DNA of 64,000 nt from an uncultured Desulfohalobiaceae bacterium (GTDB lineage Bacteria > Desulfobacterota > Desulfovibrionia > Desulfovibrionales > Desulfothermaceae): positions 1,190 through 65,189 of the forward strand of contig CAZNIP010000004.1 of assembly GCA_964573115.1 (NCBI GenBank), written 5' to 3'. Each line of letters opens with the position of its first letter. The first letter of the stretch is position 1. Both the position numbers and the translations under genes were made by a program. The notes beneath the pieces were generated by a model. It searched no databases. It was not told where the DNA came from and saw only the letters and a program-made list of their open reading frames with translations. Of the stretch, positions 25,130 through 33,867 are shown piece after piece.

Positions 25130-25558
25130 ATGAAAGACACCCTTGAATCGCTTGTTTCTCAAATCCAGGAAGATATTGACCAGAAGACCCTTGAGGACTA
25201 TGGATCCGATTTTTTTCAGCGCTGGAGGGATCCACAGTTCATGGGCAGAATGGAGACCCCGACCGTTTCAGCCGCATTGACAGGCAGCTGCGGCGATCGA
25301 ATCGAGATCGAGCTCAAGATAGACAACGAGACCATCACCCATGCCCAGTTCTTCACCACCGGGTGCGGTCCGAGCATCGCCTGCGCCAACACGGCCTGCG
25401 AGCTGGCCATGAACAAGGACCTCGAAGAGGCGGCCGGGCTTGAAGGCCAGGATATCCTCAAGGTGCTGAAAACCGTGCCTGAGGACAAGGAGCACTGCGC
25501 CCACCTCGCTGCCCAGACCCTCAGGGAGGCCATCCGCAACTACTGGGCCCGGCATTGA
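25130..25558 (+). CDS. NifU N-terminal/IscU-like Fe-S scaffold protein
   Basis: The three scaffold Cys are present in GSCGDRIEIELKI, FFTTGCGPSIACA and EHCAHLAAQTLREAI. A CAGGAG RBS precedes ATG 25130. Confidence 0.8.
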   Translation: MKDTLESLVSQIQEDIDQKTLEDYGSDFFQRWRDPQFMGRMETPTVSAALTGSCGDRIEIELKIDNETITHAQFFTTGCGPSIACANTACELAMNKDLEEAAGLEGQDILKVLKTVPEDKEHCAHLAAQTLREAIRNYWARH

Positions 25559-25655
25559 ACCCTTTCCAGACCTGACCGCGGTCCGGGCTGGAGCTGCGAC
25601 GTTGCTCAGCCCACTGCTTCAGCTCCCGGCAGCAGCCTCTTTCTTGGGACCGCTC

Positions 25656-25697
25656 AAAAACCAATGCGTCCGCTGGCCAGCGGACGCATTGGTTTTT
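25656..25697 (+). terminator. strong bidirectional terminator hairpin
   Basis: AAAAACCAATGCGTCCGCTGG|CCAGCGGACGCATTGGTTTTT is a 42-nt perfect palindrome with flanking A/T runs. Confidence 0.8.
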
Positions 25698-25724
25698 GAC
25701 AGGGTTTTGAAAACTTTCTATTCT
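25696..25724 (+). promoter_or_regulatory. sigma-70-type promoter candidate for the peroxiredoxin gene
   Basis: TTGACA (25696-25701), a 17-nt spacer, then TATTCT (25719-25724). Confidence 0.5.
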
Positions 25725-25905
25725 TTTCCTCAATAAGAAACGGCTCAGGCATTGTTGCCATGCATCCACCACGAGACACTGTCAGGAGGTGATTATGGAA
25801 GAAGAGATCGATCTTGGTTGCGCCAGGCCATCTGGAGGACCAGTCGGTGATGCACCACCCACAGAAACCACAACAGAGCCGAACGTTGCTCAGGAGGTAC
25901 CGCAG

Positions 25906-26517
25906 ATGATCAAGGTTGGCCAGAAAGCCCCGGATTTCACTGCCCCGGCGTTTTATCAGGGCAAGTTTGTGAACACGACCCTGTCTGAATGTCTGGGCAA
26001 GTGGACCCTGCTCTGTTTCTACCCAGGGGACTTCACCTTTGTCTGAGCAACAGAGCTGGCGGCAGTTGCCTCCAAAATCGAGACCTTCAACAGTCTCGGC
26101 GTCCAGGTCATGTCCATGAGCGTTGACAGCGTCTTTGTGCACAAGATGTGGGTGGATCACGAACTGTCCAAAATGGTCCCTGGAGGGATTCCTTTCCCCA
26201 TGCTCTCCGACGCTGCCGGACGGGTGGGCACCACCTACGGCATCTACGATGAGCAGGCCGGGGTCGAGACCAGAGGGCGATTCATCATCGACCCTGACGG
26301 GGTTGTTCAGGGCTATGAAGTCCTCACCCCCCCGGTGGGACGCAACGTGAACGAGTCCATCCGCCAGATTCAGGCCTTCCAGAAAGTCAGGGAGTCCAAG
26401 GGCACTGAAGCCACGCCGTCGGGATGGAGGCCCGGAAAGCAGACCCTGAAACCGGGCCCGGATCTCGTGGGCAAAGTCTGGGAAGTCTGGAAAGTCGACG
26501 AGGCTTTTCAGGATTGA
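25906..26517 (+). CDS. AhpC/Prx-type peroxiredoxin with in-frame TGA (26044-26046) at the peroxidatic Cys position, so a probable selenocysteine protein
   Basis: Track ORFs 25789-26046 and 26110-26517 are in the same frame. Reading through the TGA gives MIKVGQKAPDFTAPAFYQGKF...FYPGDFTFV-U-ATELAAVASKIETFNSLGVQVMSMSVDSVFVHKMW...GTEATPSGWRPGKQTLKPG. This is colinear with typical 2-Cys Prx (DFTFVCPTE ... EVCPAGWKPG). An AGGAGG RBS precedes ATG 25906, and an alternative upstream start at 25795 also has AGGAGG. Confidence 0.75.
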
Positions 26518-26531
26518 TTCGATGCGCCAGG

Positions 26532-26567
26532 GGGATTGAGCCGACATGAGGGCATGGGCTCAATCCC
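26532..26567. terminator. hairpin between convergent peroxiredoxin and methyltransferase genes
   Basis: GGGATTGAGCC-gacatgagggcatg-GGCTCAATCCC forms an 11-bp stem. Confidence 0.6.
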
Positions 26568-26593
26568 TGAACCTGCCTCCACGTCCCTCATGA

Positions 26594-27385
26594 TCACGAC
26601 CTGATCCTGCCTGCAACAGCCCGGTAGTAGAGCGGTCTGCCGGACAGGGAAAAGCGGTGCCGGTACTGCCGGGTCTGCAGGAATTCGAGGTCCTGCCCGA
26701 TCATCGATCTGAGGGCCTTCCGGAACCCGCTCGTGTCTGCGTCCTCCAGAAAAGAGGCCTTGATGTTGAAGGCCAGCCAGGATTCCGGCTCCAGAAGCTC
26801 CAAAGCCCTGGTGAAGGACTCCACGGGGATGTCGTCGAACCCGAGCGAGCCGACGGTCAGCAGGCCATTGAACTGCCTGGAACGCAGCTGCGCTTCCACC
26901 TCAGCGGGGAGCTCGGCGAAGTCGCTGACGTGATAGTCGCAGTAGAGTCCGGGCCGGTCCCTGACGGCCGCCTCCCTGGCCTGGGGGATGATGTCCACCC
27001 CAACCAGGGAGCATGACGGGAGCTGACTTCGCAGACACTCCCCAGCCACCCCGTTGCCTGCCCCGAGCTCCAGGACCGAGAGGGACCTCTTCTCCTCCCC
27101 CGCCTGCCGGAGAGCATCCAGGAGCAAGCTGCAGACCACCCGGTGGGACTGGCATTGAAGCCTCCTGTAGACGACCTCCTCATAGAGCCCCTGTATCTCG
27201 TAGATCCTTTCATAGTCGTGGATTCTCAGGCGTTCCTCCCCACGATCCGTCCTGAGGACGAACCACTCCTCATGCTGATCCAGCGTGGTCTCGATGTCCA
27301 CAACGTCGATCTCAAACACAGTCCACCTCTGTTGTTTCCTGGCCTTGATCCCGGGTATGGCCAGCCCCCCTGTCTCGGATGCCAC
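26594..27385 (-). CDS. class I SAM-dependent methyltransferase
   Basis: 263 aa. VLELGAGNGVAGECL is motif I (GxGxG), followed by LVGVDIIP (the acidic loop). Confidence 0.8.
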   Translation of the reverse strand: MASETGGLAIPGIKARKQQRWTVFEIDVVDIETTLDQHEEWFVLRTDRGEERLRIHDYERIYEIQGLYEEVVYRRLQCQSHRVVCSLLLDALRQAGEEKRSLSVLELGAGNGVAGECLRSQLPSCSLVGVDIIPQAREAAVRDRPGLYCDYHVSDFAELPAEVEAQLRSRQFNGLLTVGSLGFDDIPVESFTRALELLEPESWLAFNIKASFLEDADTSGFRKALRSMIGQDLEFLQTRQYRHRFSLSGRPLYYRAVAGRIRS

Positions 27386-27652
27386 CGACTATCCTATCAT
27401 GACTCCATCAGCTCTTGTGAGTCAAGGCGTCCCTCTGTCCTGTCCGTGCGCCAGCACCGTCCTTCCAGAACACAGAACCGATTCGAGGCGAAATCAGCGA
27501 GGTCTGATGAGGCGACAGCTTCATGAAACCGTGACCAGATCGACATCACATCGTCATTATTGAGGGGTATAACTCAAGAGTCATGTTCTTCCTTCCGCCC
27601 TCAGGCCACGTGAGCCCCAGCTGATCTCCGGACGCTGATGATGAATGAGCCC

Positions 27653-27708
27653 CTGTGACCCAATTGTAACCCGATTGCCACGCAGCTGTCATGTTTCAGT
27701 CCTATACC
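27653..27708 (+). promoter_or_regulatory. Pho-box array (PhoB-type direct repeats, 11-bp phase) plus a -10 element upstream of alkaline phosphatase
   Basis: CTGTGAC ccaa TTGTAAC ccga TTGCCAC gcag CTGTCAT start at 27653, 27664, 27675 and 27686. TATACC follows 10 nt later (27703-27708). The ATG is at 27754. Confidence 0.6.
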
Positions 27709-27753
27709 TTTTCGTGTTTTGGTCAATCGTAAACCCAACCCAAGGAGGCCTGT

Positions 27754-29244
27754 ATGCGCACGTCATGTTTCAAACGATGGTCTGTTTCCCTGGTGGCCCT
27801 GACGCTTCTGGTGCTCTGGGCTGCGACGCCCCTGCTGGCCAAGGAAGCCAAGTACGTCTTCCTGCTGATCGGAGACGGCATGGGCATTCCCCAGCGCACT
27901 GCAGCCGAGCAGTACATCGGCAAGAAGCTGCTCATGGACACCCTGCCGGTGCAGGGCATCACCACCACCCATGCCGCTGACCGGTTCATCACCGGTTCTG
28001 CCGCATCGGCCACAGCCATGGCCTCAGGCCTGAAGACCAACATCGGGGTCGTGGGCATGGACCCCAAGATGCGCGCCGTGAAGACCCTGGCTGAAATGGC
28101 TCAGGACAAGGGCATGAAAGTGGGCATCGTGTCCAGCGTGTCCATCGATCACGCCACCCCGGCCGCCTTTTACGCCCATGTGCCCAAGAGAGGCCAGTAC
28201 TACGACATCGACGTGGCCCTGGCCAAGAGCGATTTCGACTACTTCGGCGGCGGCGGACTCAAGGACCCGGCACACAAGAGGAACAACTCCAGCAATTATC
28301 AGGGCAATGCCCTGGAGATGGCCAAGAAGAACGGCTACACCGTGGTCACGGACAAGGACGAGTTCATGGCCCTGGATGCCAAGGCCGGCAAGGTCCTGGC
28401 CTACAACGAATGGCTTCAGGACAGCGGCGCCCTGCCCTATGACATGGACAACCGCAGCCAGGACATCACCCTGGCTGAGTTCACTCAAAAAGGGATCGAG
28501 CTCCTGGACAACGACAAGGGCTTCTTCATGATGGTCGAAGGCGGAAAGATTGACTGGGCCTGCCACGCCAACGACGGCAAAGCCTCGATCCAGGACACCC
28601 TGGCCTTTGATCGCGTTGTCAAGGCAGCATTTGACTTCTACGAGCAGCATCCGGACGAAACCCTGATCGTGGTCACCGGCGACCACGAGTGCGGCGGGTT
28701 GACCCTGGGCTTTGCCGGGACCAAGTACGCCACCAACTTCGATATCCTGGGCAAACAGAACGTCTCTTTCCAGAAGTTCTCGGCCGAGGTTCTGGAGGCC
28801 TTCAAACAGGGCGACCAGACAACCTTTGGAGCCATGAAACCCTTGATCACCAAGCATTTCGGCCTGAAGTTCGATGCGGATGCCAGCGATCCCATGGCCC
28901 TGAAGAGCCATGAAGTGATCAAGATCATGCAGGCTTTCGAGCGCAGCATGGCCGGAGACGTTGAAAAATCGAAAGATCCCGAGACCTACATCCTCTATGG
29001 CGGATACGATCCCCTGACCGTGACCCTGACCCACATCCTGAACCAGAAGGCGGGCATGGCCTGGACATCCTACAAGCACACCGGTGTCCCGGTGACCACC
29101 TCGGCTGTCGGCCTTGGGGCCGAGGCCTTCAGCGGCGCCTACGACAACACGGACATCGCCCTGAAGATCATGGACACCATGGGCTTTGAGGCCAAAGTCC
29201 ACTTTGCCGCCCAAGATGACGAGCAGCTCGTGGCTGCCCAGTAG
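27754..29244 (+). CDS. phoA: alkaline phosphatase (PhoA family)
   Basis: 496 aa with a signal peptide. It carries LLIGDGMG, the active-site region FITGSAASATAMASG, and GGKIDWACHAND...VTGDHECGG metal-ligand blocks. Confidence 0.9.
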   Translation: MRTSCFKRWSVSLVALTLLVLWAATPLLAKEAKYVFLLIGDGMGIPQRTAAEQYIGKKLLMDTLPVQGITTTHAADRFITGSAASATAMASGLKTNIGVVGMDPKMRAVKTLAEMAQDKGMKVGIVSSVSIDHATPAAFYAHVPKRGQYYDIDVALAKSDFDYFGGGGLKDPAHKRNNSSNYQGNALEMAKKNGYTVVTDKDEFMALDAKAGKVLAYNEWLQDSGALPYDMDNRSQDITLAEFTQKGIELLDNDKGFFMMVEGGKIDWACHANDGKASIQDTLAFDRVVKAAFDFYEQHPDETLIVVTGDHECGGLTLGFAGTKYATNFDILGKQNVSFQKFSAEVLEAFKQGDQTTFGAMKPLITKHFGLKFDADASDPMALKSHEVIKIMQAFERSMAGDVEKSKDPETYILYGGYDPLTVTLTHILNQKAGMAWTSYKHTGVPVTTSAVGLGAEAFSGAYDNTDIALKIMDTMGFEAKVHFAAQDDEQLVAAQ

Positions 29245-29289
29245 CCAGACCGGAAGATGAACCCAGAGGGCGGCCCGCTGCGCCGCCCC

Positions 29290-29323
29290 CATCAGCGCGG
29301 CCTTTCGGCCGCGCTGATGTTTT
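29290..29323 (+). terminator. rho-independent terminator after phoA
   Basis: CATCAGCGCGGCC-tttc-GGCCGCGCTGATG followed by TTTT. Confidence 0.8.
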
Positions 29324-29357
29324 GGACGACATGGTCCAACCTCAAGAGGTCTCTCCT

Positions 29358-30551
29358 ATGCTCATCACACGCATTCCTTACAACCGGGACACCCTGCTTG
29401 TCGCGGTTTTCATCCTTCTGTCATTCCTGGTCTTCCTCATCCCCACCGGATTTGAGAGCAATGTGGACAAGGACGCCATCCGCTGCAAGGGACGGATCCT
29501 GGAGGTCGACAACAGCCAGGTCCAGCACCTGGGCATGGTCAAGTCCGGAGATCAGGGCGTGACCCTGGAAATCATGAACGGCCCTTTCGAGGGCCGGGTG
29601 GTCCAGGCCAGCAACCCTCTCCTGGGGCAGATGGACAGGGACAAGATCTTCAAGCCCGGGGACACCGCCCTGGTGGTCCTGACCCTCGACCAGCAGGATG
29701 AGATCATCTTTGTCAACCCCCAGGAGCATTACAGGCTTGGCCTGGAGATGATCCTCCTGGCCATGTTCGCCCTTCTGCTCATCGCCTTTGGAGGCTGGAC
29801 AGGGGTCAAGGCCCTGCTCTCTTTCCTCTTTGCCGCCCTCATGCTCTGGAAGGTCCTGGTCCCGCTCCTGCTCAAGGGCTATGACCCCATCCTGACCTCC
29901 CTGAGCATTGTGGCCCTGCTCAGCGCCGCCATCATCTTTCTCGTGGCCGGGGTGAACCGCAAGGGTCTGGTCGCTTTCTGCGGAGCCTTCCTCGGGGTCC
30001 TGACCAGCTGCATCATGGCTGCGGTGTTCACCAAGAGCTTTCATCTTCACGGGGCGGTGATGCCCTTTGCCGAAACCCTGCTCTACTCCGGCTTTCAGCA
30101 CCTGAACCTGACCAAGATCTATGTGGCTGCCGTCTTTCTGGCCTGTTCAGGGGCGGTCATGGATCTGGCCATGGACGTGGCCGCCAGCATGCACGAGGTC
30201 GTCTGCCAGCATCCCGGGATCAGCCGGAAAAGGGCCTTTGCCTCCGGGATCAATGTCGGAAGGGCTGTGGTCGGGACCATGACCACGACCCTGCTCCTGG
30301 CCTATTCAGGAGGCTTCATCACTCTGCTCATGGCCTTCATGGCCCAGGGGGTGCCCCTGGCCAACACCTTCAACCTGGTCTATGTGGCTGCGGAAGTCCT
30401 GAAGACCCTCGTGGGCAGCTTCGGTCTGGTCACAGTGGCCCCCTTCACCGCCCTGATCGGCAGCCTGCTCTTGACCGGAGGCCAAGAGCCGGAAGCGTGC
30501 GAGGCCACGGTCAAAAGCCCGGCAGAGCAGTCCCTGAGCGATGCCGGCTGA
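29358..30551 (+). CDS. YibE/F-like integral membrane protein
   Basis: An N-terminal TM and a soluble beta-rich domain are followed by ~7 TM helices (…GWTGVKALLSFLFAALMLWKVLVPLLLKGYDP…). I preferred ATG 29358 (AGAGG 8 nt upstream) over the TTG at 29322, which lies inside the terminator. Confidence 0.6.
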   Translation: MLITRIPYNRDTLLVAVFILLSFLVFLIPTGFESNVDKDAIRCKGRILEVDNSQVQHLGMVKSGDQGVTLEIMNGPFEGRVVQASNPLLGQMDRDKIFKPGDTALVVLTLDQQDEIIFVNPQEHYRLGLEMILLAMFALLLIAFGGWTGVKALLSFLFAALMLWKVLVPLLLKGYDPILTSLSIVALLSAAIIFLVAGVNRKGLVAFCGAFLGVLTSCIMAAVFTKSFHLHGAVMPFAETLLYSGFQHLNLTKIYVAAVFLACSGAVMDLAMDVAASMHEVVCQHPGISRKRAFASGINVGRAVVGTMTTTLLLAYSGGFITLLMAFMAQGVPLANTFNLVYVAAEVLKTLVGSFGLVTVAPFTALIGSLLLTGGQEPEACEATVKSPAEQSLSDAG

Positions 30552-30695
30552 AACTGGCTTGTCCATGACGATCGCGTCTGTCCCTCAACAGCTTGCGTCC
30601 CGGAGATGAGACGCATATACTCGCAAAGTTTCATACGAGCGCTGCCAGCGGCAGCGCTGACCTGCAATGGCGCATTTTTCACAGAGGAGCAGGAC

Positions 30696-31604
30696 ATGAG
30701 AGTTCGTCAGCCCGGCCCTGTCTGCGACGGCCTGTGGTGTCTCGGACGGGCAGAGTCATCCGTCTACCTTCTCCAGGGGGCTCAGGGGTCGATGCTCATC
30801 AGCGGGGGGATGAGCGGGATCGTTCCCGACGTCCTCCAGCAGCTTCAGGACTTCGGCCTGGATGAAAGCCGCATCACTTCCTGCCTCATCCTGCACGCCC
30901 ACTTCGATCACGTGGGCATCATCCCCTTTTTCAAGCGCCGGCTGCCCCACATGGAGGTCTACGCTTCGGACAGGGCCTGGCAGCTGTTGAGCAAGACCAA
31001 GGTCATCGAAACCATCAACGCCTTCAGCCAGATGACAGACGAGCAGCTGGGCATGAGTCGTCAGGCCCACGGGCTGGATCTGGACTGGCGTGACGATGTT
31101 ACCGGAACCGTTGTCCGGGAGGGCGATGTCCTCGACCTCGGGAACCTGGAGGTTCAGATCCTTGAAACTCCGGGGCATTCTTCATGCTCCATTTCAGCCT
31201 ACGTCCCCAGGCACAAGGCCCTCTTCCCCTCTGACGGCGGAGGCATCCCCTACCAGGAGGAGATCATCCCCTCAGGCAATTCCAACTACACTCAGTTTCA
31301 GCAGAGCCTGGCCAAGCTGGCCCCCCTGGAGGTGCGGTTCCTCTGCGCCGACCACTGCGGCTTCGTGACTGGCGACGAGGCCGGACATTTCATCCAGGAT
31401 GCCCAGGTCGCAGCTGCCGAGTTCAGAAAGCTCATGGAAAGAGTCTACGCCCGGCTCGGGGACGTGGATCAGGCCGTGGAGCACCTGGTCCAGAACACCT
31501 TTGAGCAGCGACCGGATTACTTTTTGCCCCGGGACATTTTGACCGGGGTCTACAGGCAGATGGTCCGGCACATTGCGGCCGAAATGGAGGCCTCGCAGAG
31601 CTGA
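30696..31604 (+). CDS. MBL-fold metallo-hydrolase
   Basis: Carries the HAHFDHVG (HxHxDH) motif. A GAGGAG RBS precedes ATG 30696. Confidence 0.8.
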   Translation: MRVRQPGPVCDGLWCLGRAESSVYLLQGAQGSMLISGGMSGIVPDVLQQLQDFGLDESRITSCLILHAHFDHVGIIPFFKRRLPHMEVYASDRAWQLLSKTKVIETINAFSQMTDEQLGMSRQAHGLDLDWRDDVTGTVVREGDVLDLGNLEVQILETPGHSSCSISAYVPRHKALFPSDGGGIPYQEEIIPSGNSNYTQFQQSLAKLAPLEVRFLCADHCGFVTGDEAGHFIQDAQVAAAEFRKLMERVYARLGDVDQAVEHLVQNTFEQRPDYFLPRDILTGVYRQMVRHIAAEMEASQS

Positions 31605-31691
31605 GACCCTCTGGATTCCCGACAGGCGGTCGTCATCAACAGGCCAGGCTCGCAAGACGCCAGGCACGGAACCGACACGAGGAGGAGCGAG

Positions 31692-32546
31692 ATGAGCCAG
31701 ACCACGATCACCGTTCTCTGCGAAAACACGGCAGCAGGGCCTATGGGGCTCATTGGCGAGCACGGTTTTTCAGCCCTGATTCAGGGCGACAACGGGCCGA
31801 TCCTCTTCGATACCGGCCAGTCCATCTCCCTTGGCCACAATGCCCCTCTTCTGGGGGTCGATCTCAAGGACATCCAGACCGTGATTCTCAGCCACGGCCA
31901 CTACGACCACACTGGTGGGCTGCCGGCCGTGCTCCATCCCCCAAGAGGGGTCGAGGTCATTGCCCATCCAGACATCTTCACGGCCAAGTACGCCGAGTTC
32001 GAAGGGCCACAAGGCATGGTGCGCCCGTTTATCGGGATCAGGACCAGGCGGGAGTTTCTGGAGGGCTCGCTCGGGGCCAGGTTCACCTTTGTCCGGGAGA
32101 TGACCGAGATCAGGCCGGGGATCTTCTTTTCCGGGGAAGTCCCGAAAAAGACGGATTTCGAGCACCCGGACCCCAGGCTCAAGGTCGATCAGGGAGGCCA
32201 GCTGGTTGAGGATCCCCTTTTGGACGACATCAGCCTGCTCATCGAGACGGATTCAGGGCCGGTGATCCTCCTGGGCTGCGCCCATTCCGGGGTGGTCAAC
32301 GTCATGAACCATTTTGCCGAACACACGGGACACACCACATTTCACGCCGTCATCGGAGGCACCCACCTGGGGTTCATGGGCGGCCCGGGCCCCCAGCTGG
32401 AAAGAGCCATGGACGCCTTTGACGATTACAAGGTGCAGCTCATCGGGGTGGCTCACTGCACAGGGCAGGAAGCCGCCGCCATCTGCCACCACCGTTTTCA
32501 GGACAGGTTCGCCTTTGCCAGTGTGGGCTGGAGGACGACGTTCTGA
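31692..32546 (+). CDS. MBL-fold metallo-hydrolase (second, unrelated paralog)
   Basis: Carries the SHGHYDHTGG motif. 284 aa, with a GAGGAGG RBS. Confidence 0.8.
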   Translation: MSQTTITVLCENTAAGPMGLIGEHGFSALIQGDNGPILFDTGQSISLGHNAPLLGVDLKDIQTVILSHGHYDHTGGLPAVLHPPRGVEVIAHPDIFTAKYAEFEGPQGMVRPFIGIRTRREFLEGSLGARFTFVREMTEIRPGIFFSGEVPKKTDFEHPDPRLKVDQGGQLVEDPLLDDISLLIETDSGPVILLGCAHSGVVNVMNHFAEHTGHTTFHAVIGGTHLGFMGGPGPQLERAMDAFDDYKVQLIGVAHCTGQEAAAICHHRFQDRFAFASVGWRTTF

Positions 32547-32557
32547 TCAGGGCTCCA

Positions 32558-32602
32558 GGAAGATGATTCAGCCTGGCCAGAGGCCAGGCTGAATCATCTT
32601 CC
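32558..32602. terminator. perfect 21-bp-stem hairpin with AGA triloop between convergent genes
   Basis: GGAAGATGATTCAGCCTGGCC-AGA-GGCCAGGCTGAATCATCTTCC. It overlaps the last 9 nt of the LarA-like gene. Confidence 0.7.
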
Positions 32603-33853
32603 AACCTTCCCCACGACGTAGGGTCCGTCCGGGGAGACGATGACCCTGGGGTGATCCGGAAGCAGCCTGTCCACAACGGACTGGACGTCATCGATCTTGA
32701 TCATCCCGGTTTTGGCCAGATCGTCCCGGGAGAGCCCGGGTGAATAGATGCAGACCTCCCCGGCGTGGTCCAGGGCCTGGTAGATGTTCTGGGCGCACCA
32801 CTGGTCGATGACAAAGTTGTCCGGCTCGCAGTAGTGGTCGAAAAACTCCTGGGGCGAGCAGACCGACTGCATGATGCCGCAGAACTCGGAGCTGCCCAGG
32901 CCCTCGCTGCATTCGGCAGCGATGACGATCGTCCCGCCTTTTCTGAGCATGTCTTTGGCGCAGGTCAACCCTTTGGAGACCTGGTACAGGGTTGCGTCAA
33001 GGGGGGCCCCGCCGCCGGAGGTGATGACCAGATCGGCCTCCTCCTCGACCTCGACCACGGAATGCTCCCTGACCATCTGGCATCCCCTGAGATGGGCCTG
33101 GTCGTAATGCCCCCCGAACACCCCGCAGAGCTCCCGGTCCGAGTTGATGACCACGTTGAGGATGAAATCCGCGCCAACGGTCCTGGTGACCCGAAGGCCG
33201 TAGTCGTGAAAGATGTTCCCGTCCAGAACGCAATTGGCCACCCCGGGATGGTCGATGACCTGAAAGGAGTGCATGAACTTCATGGTTTCATAGCTGGAGA
33301 TCCCCGGCAGAATGGCCTTCCGGCCGCCTGAGTACCCGGCGTAGAAATGGGGCTCGATGAGCCCGGTCAGGATCTTCAGGTCGGCCTCGAGGTAGTGGAC
33401 GTTGATCTCGATCGGGGCGCCCTCGATGCGGTCGATTTCCCGGACCTCCTCCGGTTTTCGGCAGTAATGGTTGATGATCCGGTAGTTACCCTTGATCTCC
33501 GGTCCCACCAGAGACTCCAGCTCCTGGCCTACATTGGGTCGATGCATGCCGGTGGCGATGAGGATGGTCATGCTGTCCCGTTCGATCCCCGCGGCTTCCA
33601 GGGTCTGGAGCATGGGAGGCAGAATGAGCCTGTTCGGGACCGGTCTGGTGATGTCCGAGATGACGATGCAGGCCGAATGCTTGCCCCTGGCCAGCTCTGC
33701 CAGGGGTGGGCTGGCCACGGGCTGCTCCAGGGAGTGAGAAACCGCGGCTTCCGGGTCAGAGAGTGGAGACACCGGCTTCATTTCCAGCAGGGTGGCCTGA
33801 TCAGGCACCGTGACCGGGATCGAGTCCTGTCCGCACAACAGATTGGCCTGCAT
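32594..33853 (-). CDS. LarA-like (nickel-pincer lactate racemase family, DUF2088) protein
   Basis: MQANLLCGQDSIPVTVPD...ACIVISDITRPVPN...ILIATGMHRPN...GYSGGRKAILPG are family-typical blocks. GGAGG precedes ATG 33853. Confidence 0.8.
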   Translation of the reverse strand: MQANLLCGQDSIPVTVPDQATLLEMKPVSPLSDPEAAVSHSLEQPVASPPLAELARGKHSACIVISDITRPVPNRLILPPMLQTLEAAGIERDSMTILIATGMHRPNVGQELESLVGPEIKGNYRIINHYCRKPEEVREIDRIEGAPIEINVHYLEADLKILTGLIEPHFYAGYSGGRKAILPGISSYETMKFMHSFQVIDHPGVANCVLDGNIFHDYGLRVTRTVGADFILNVVINSDRELCGVFGGHYDQAHLRGCQMVREHSVVEVEEEADLVITSGGGAPLDATLYQVSKGLTCAKDMLRKGGTIVIAAECSEGLGSSEFCGIMQSVCSPQEFFDHYCEPDNFVIDQWCAQNIYQALDHAGEVCIYSPGLSRDDLAKTGMIKIDDVQSVVDRLLPDHPRVIVSPDGPYVVGKVGR

Positions 33854-33867
33854 GAAACCTCCAGGGT

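Noticed and set aside
25789-26046. The peroxiredoxin read as a truncated pseudogene ending at TGA 26044-26046, plus a separate 135-aa ORF.
   Set aside because: The stop falls exactly on the catalytic Cys codon. The downstream frame continues the Prx fold in register without its own RBS. Selenocysteine recoding explains this better than decay. It remains unproven without SECIS and sel-gene evidence.
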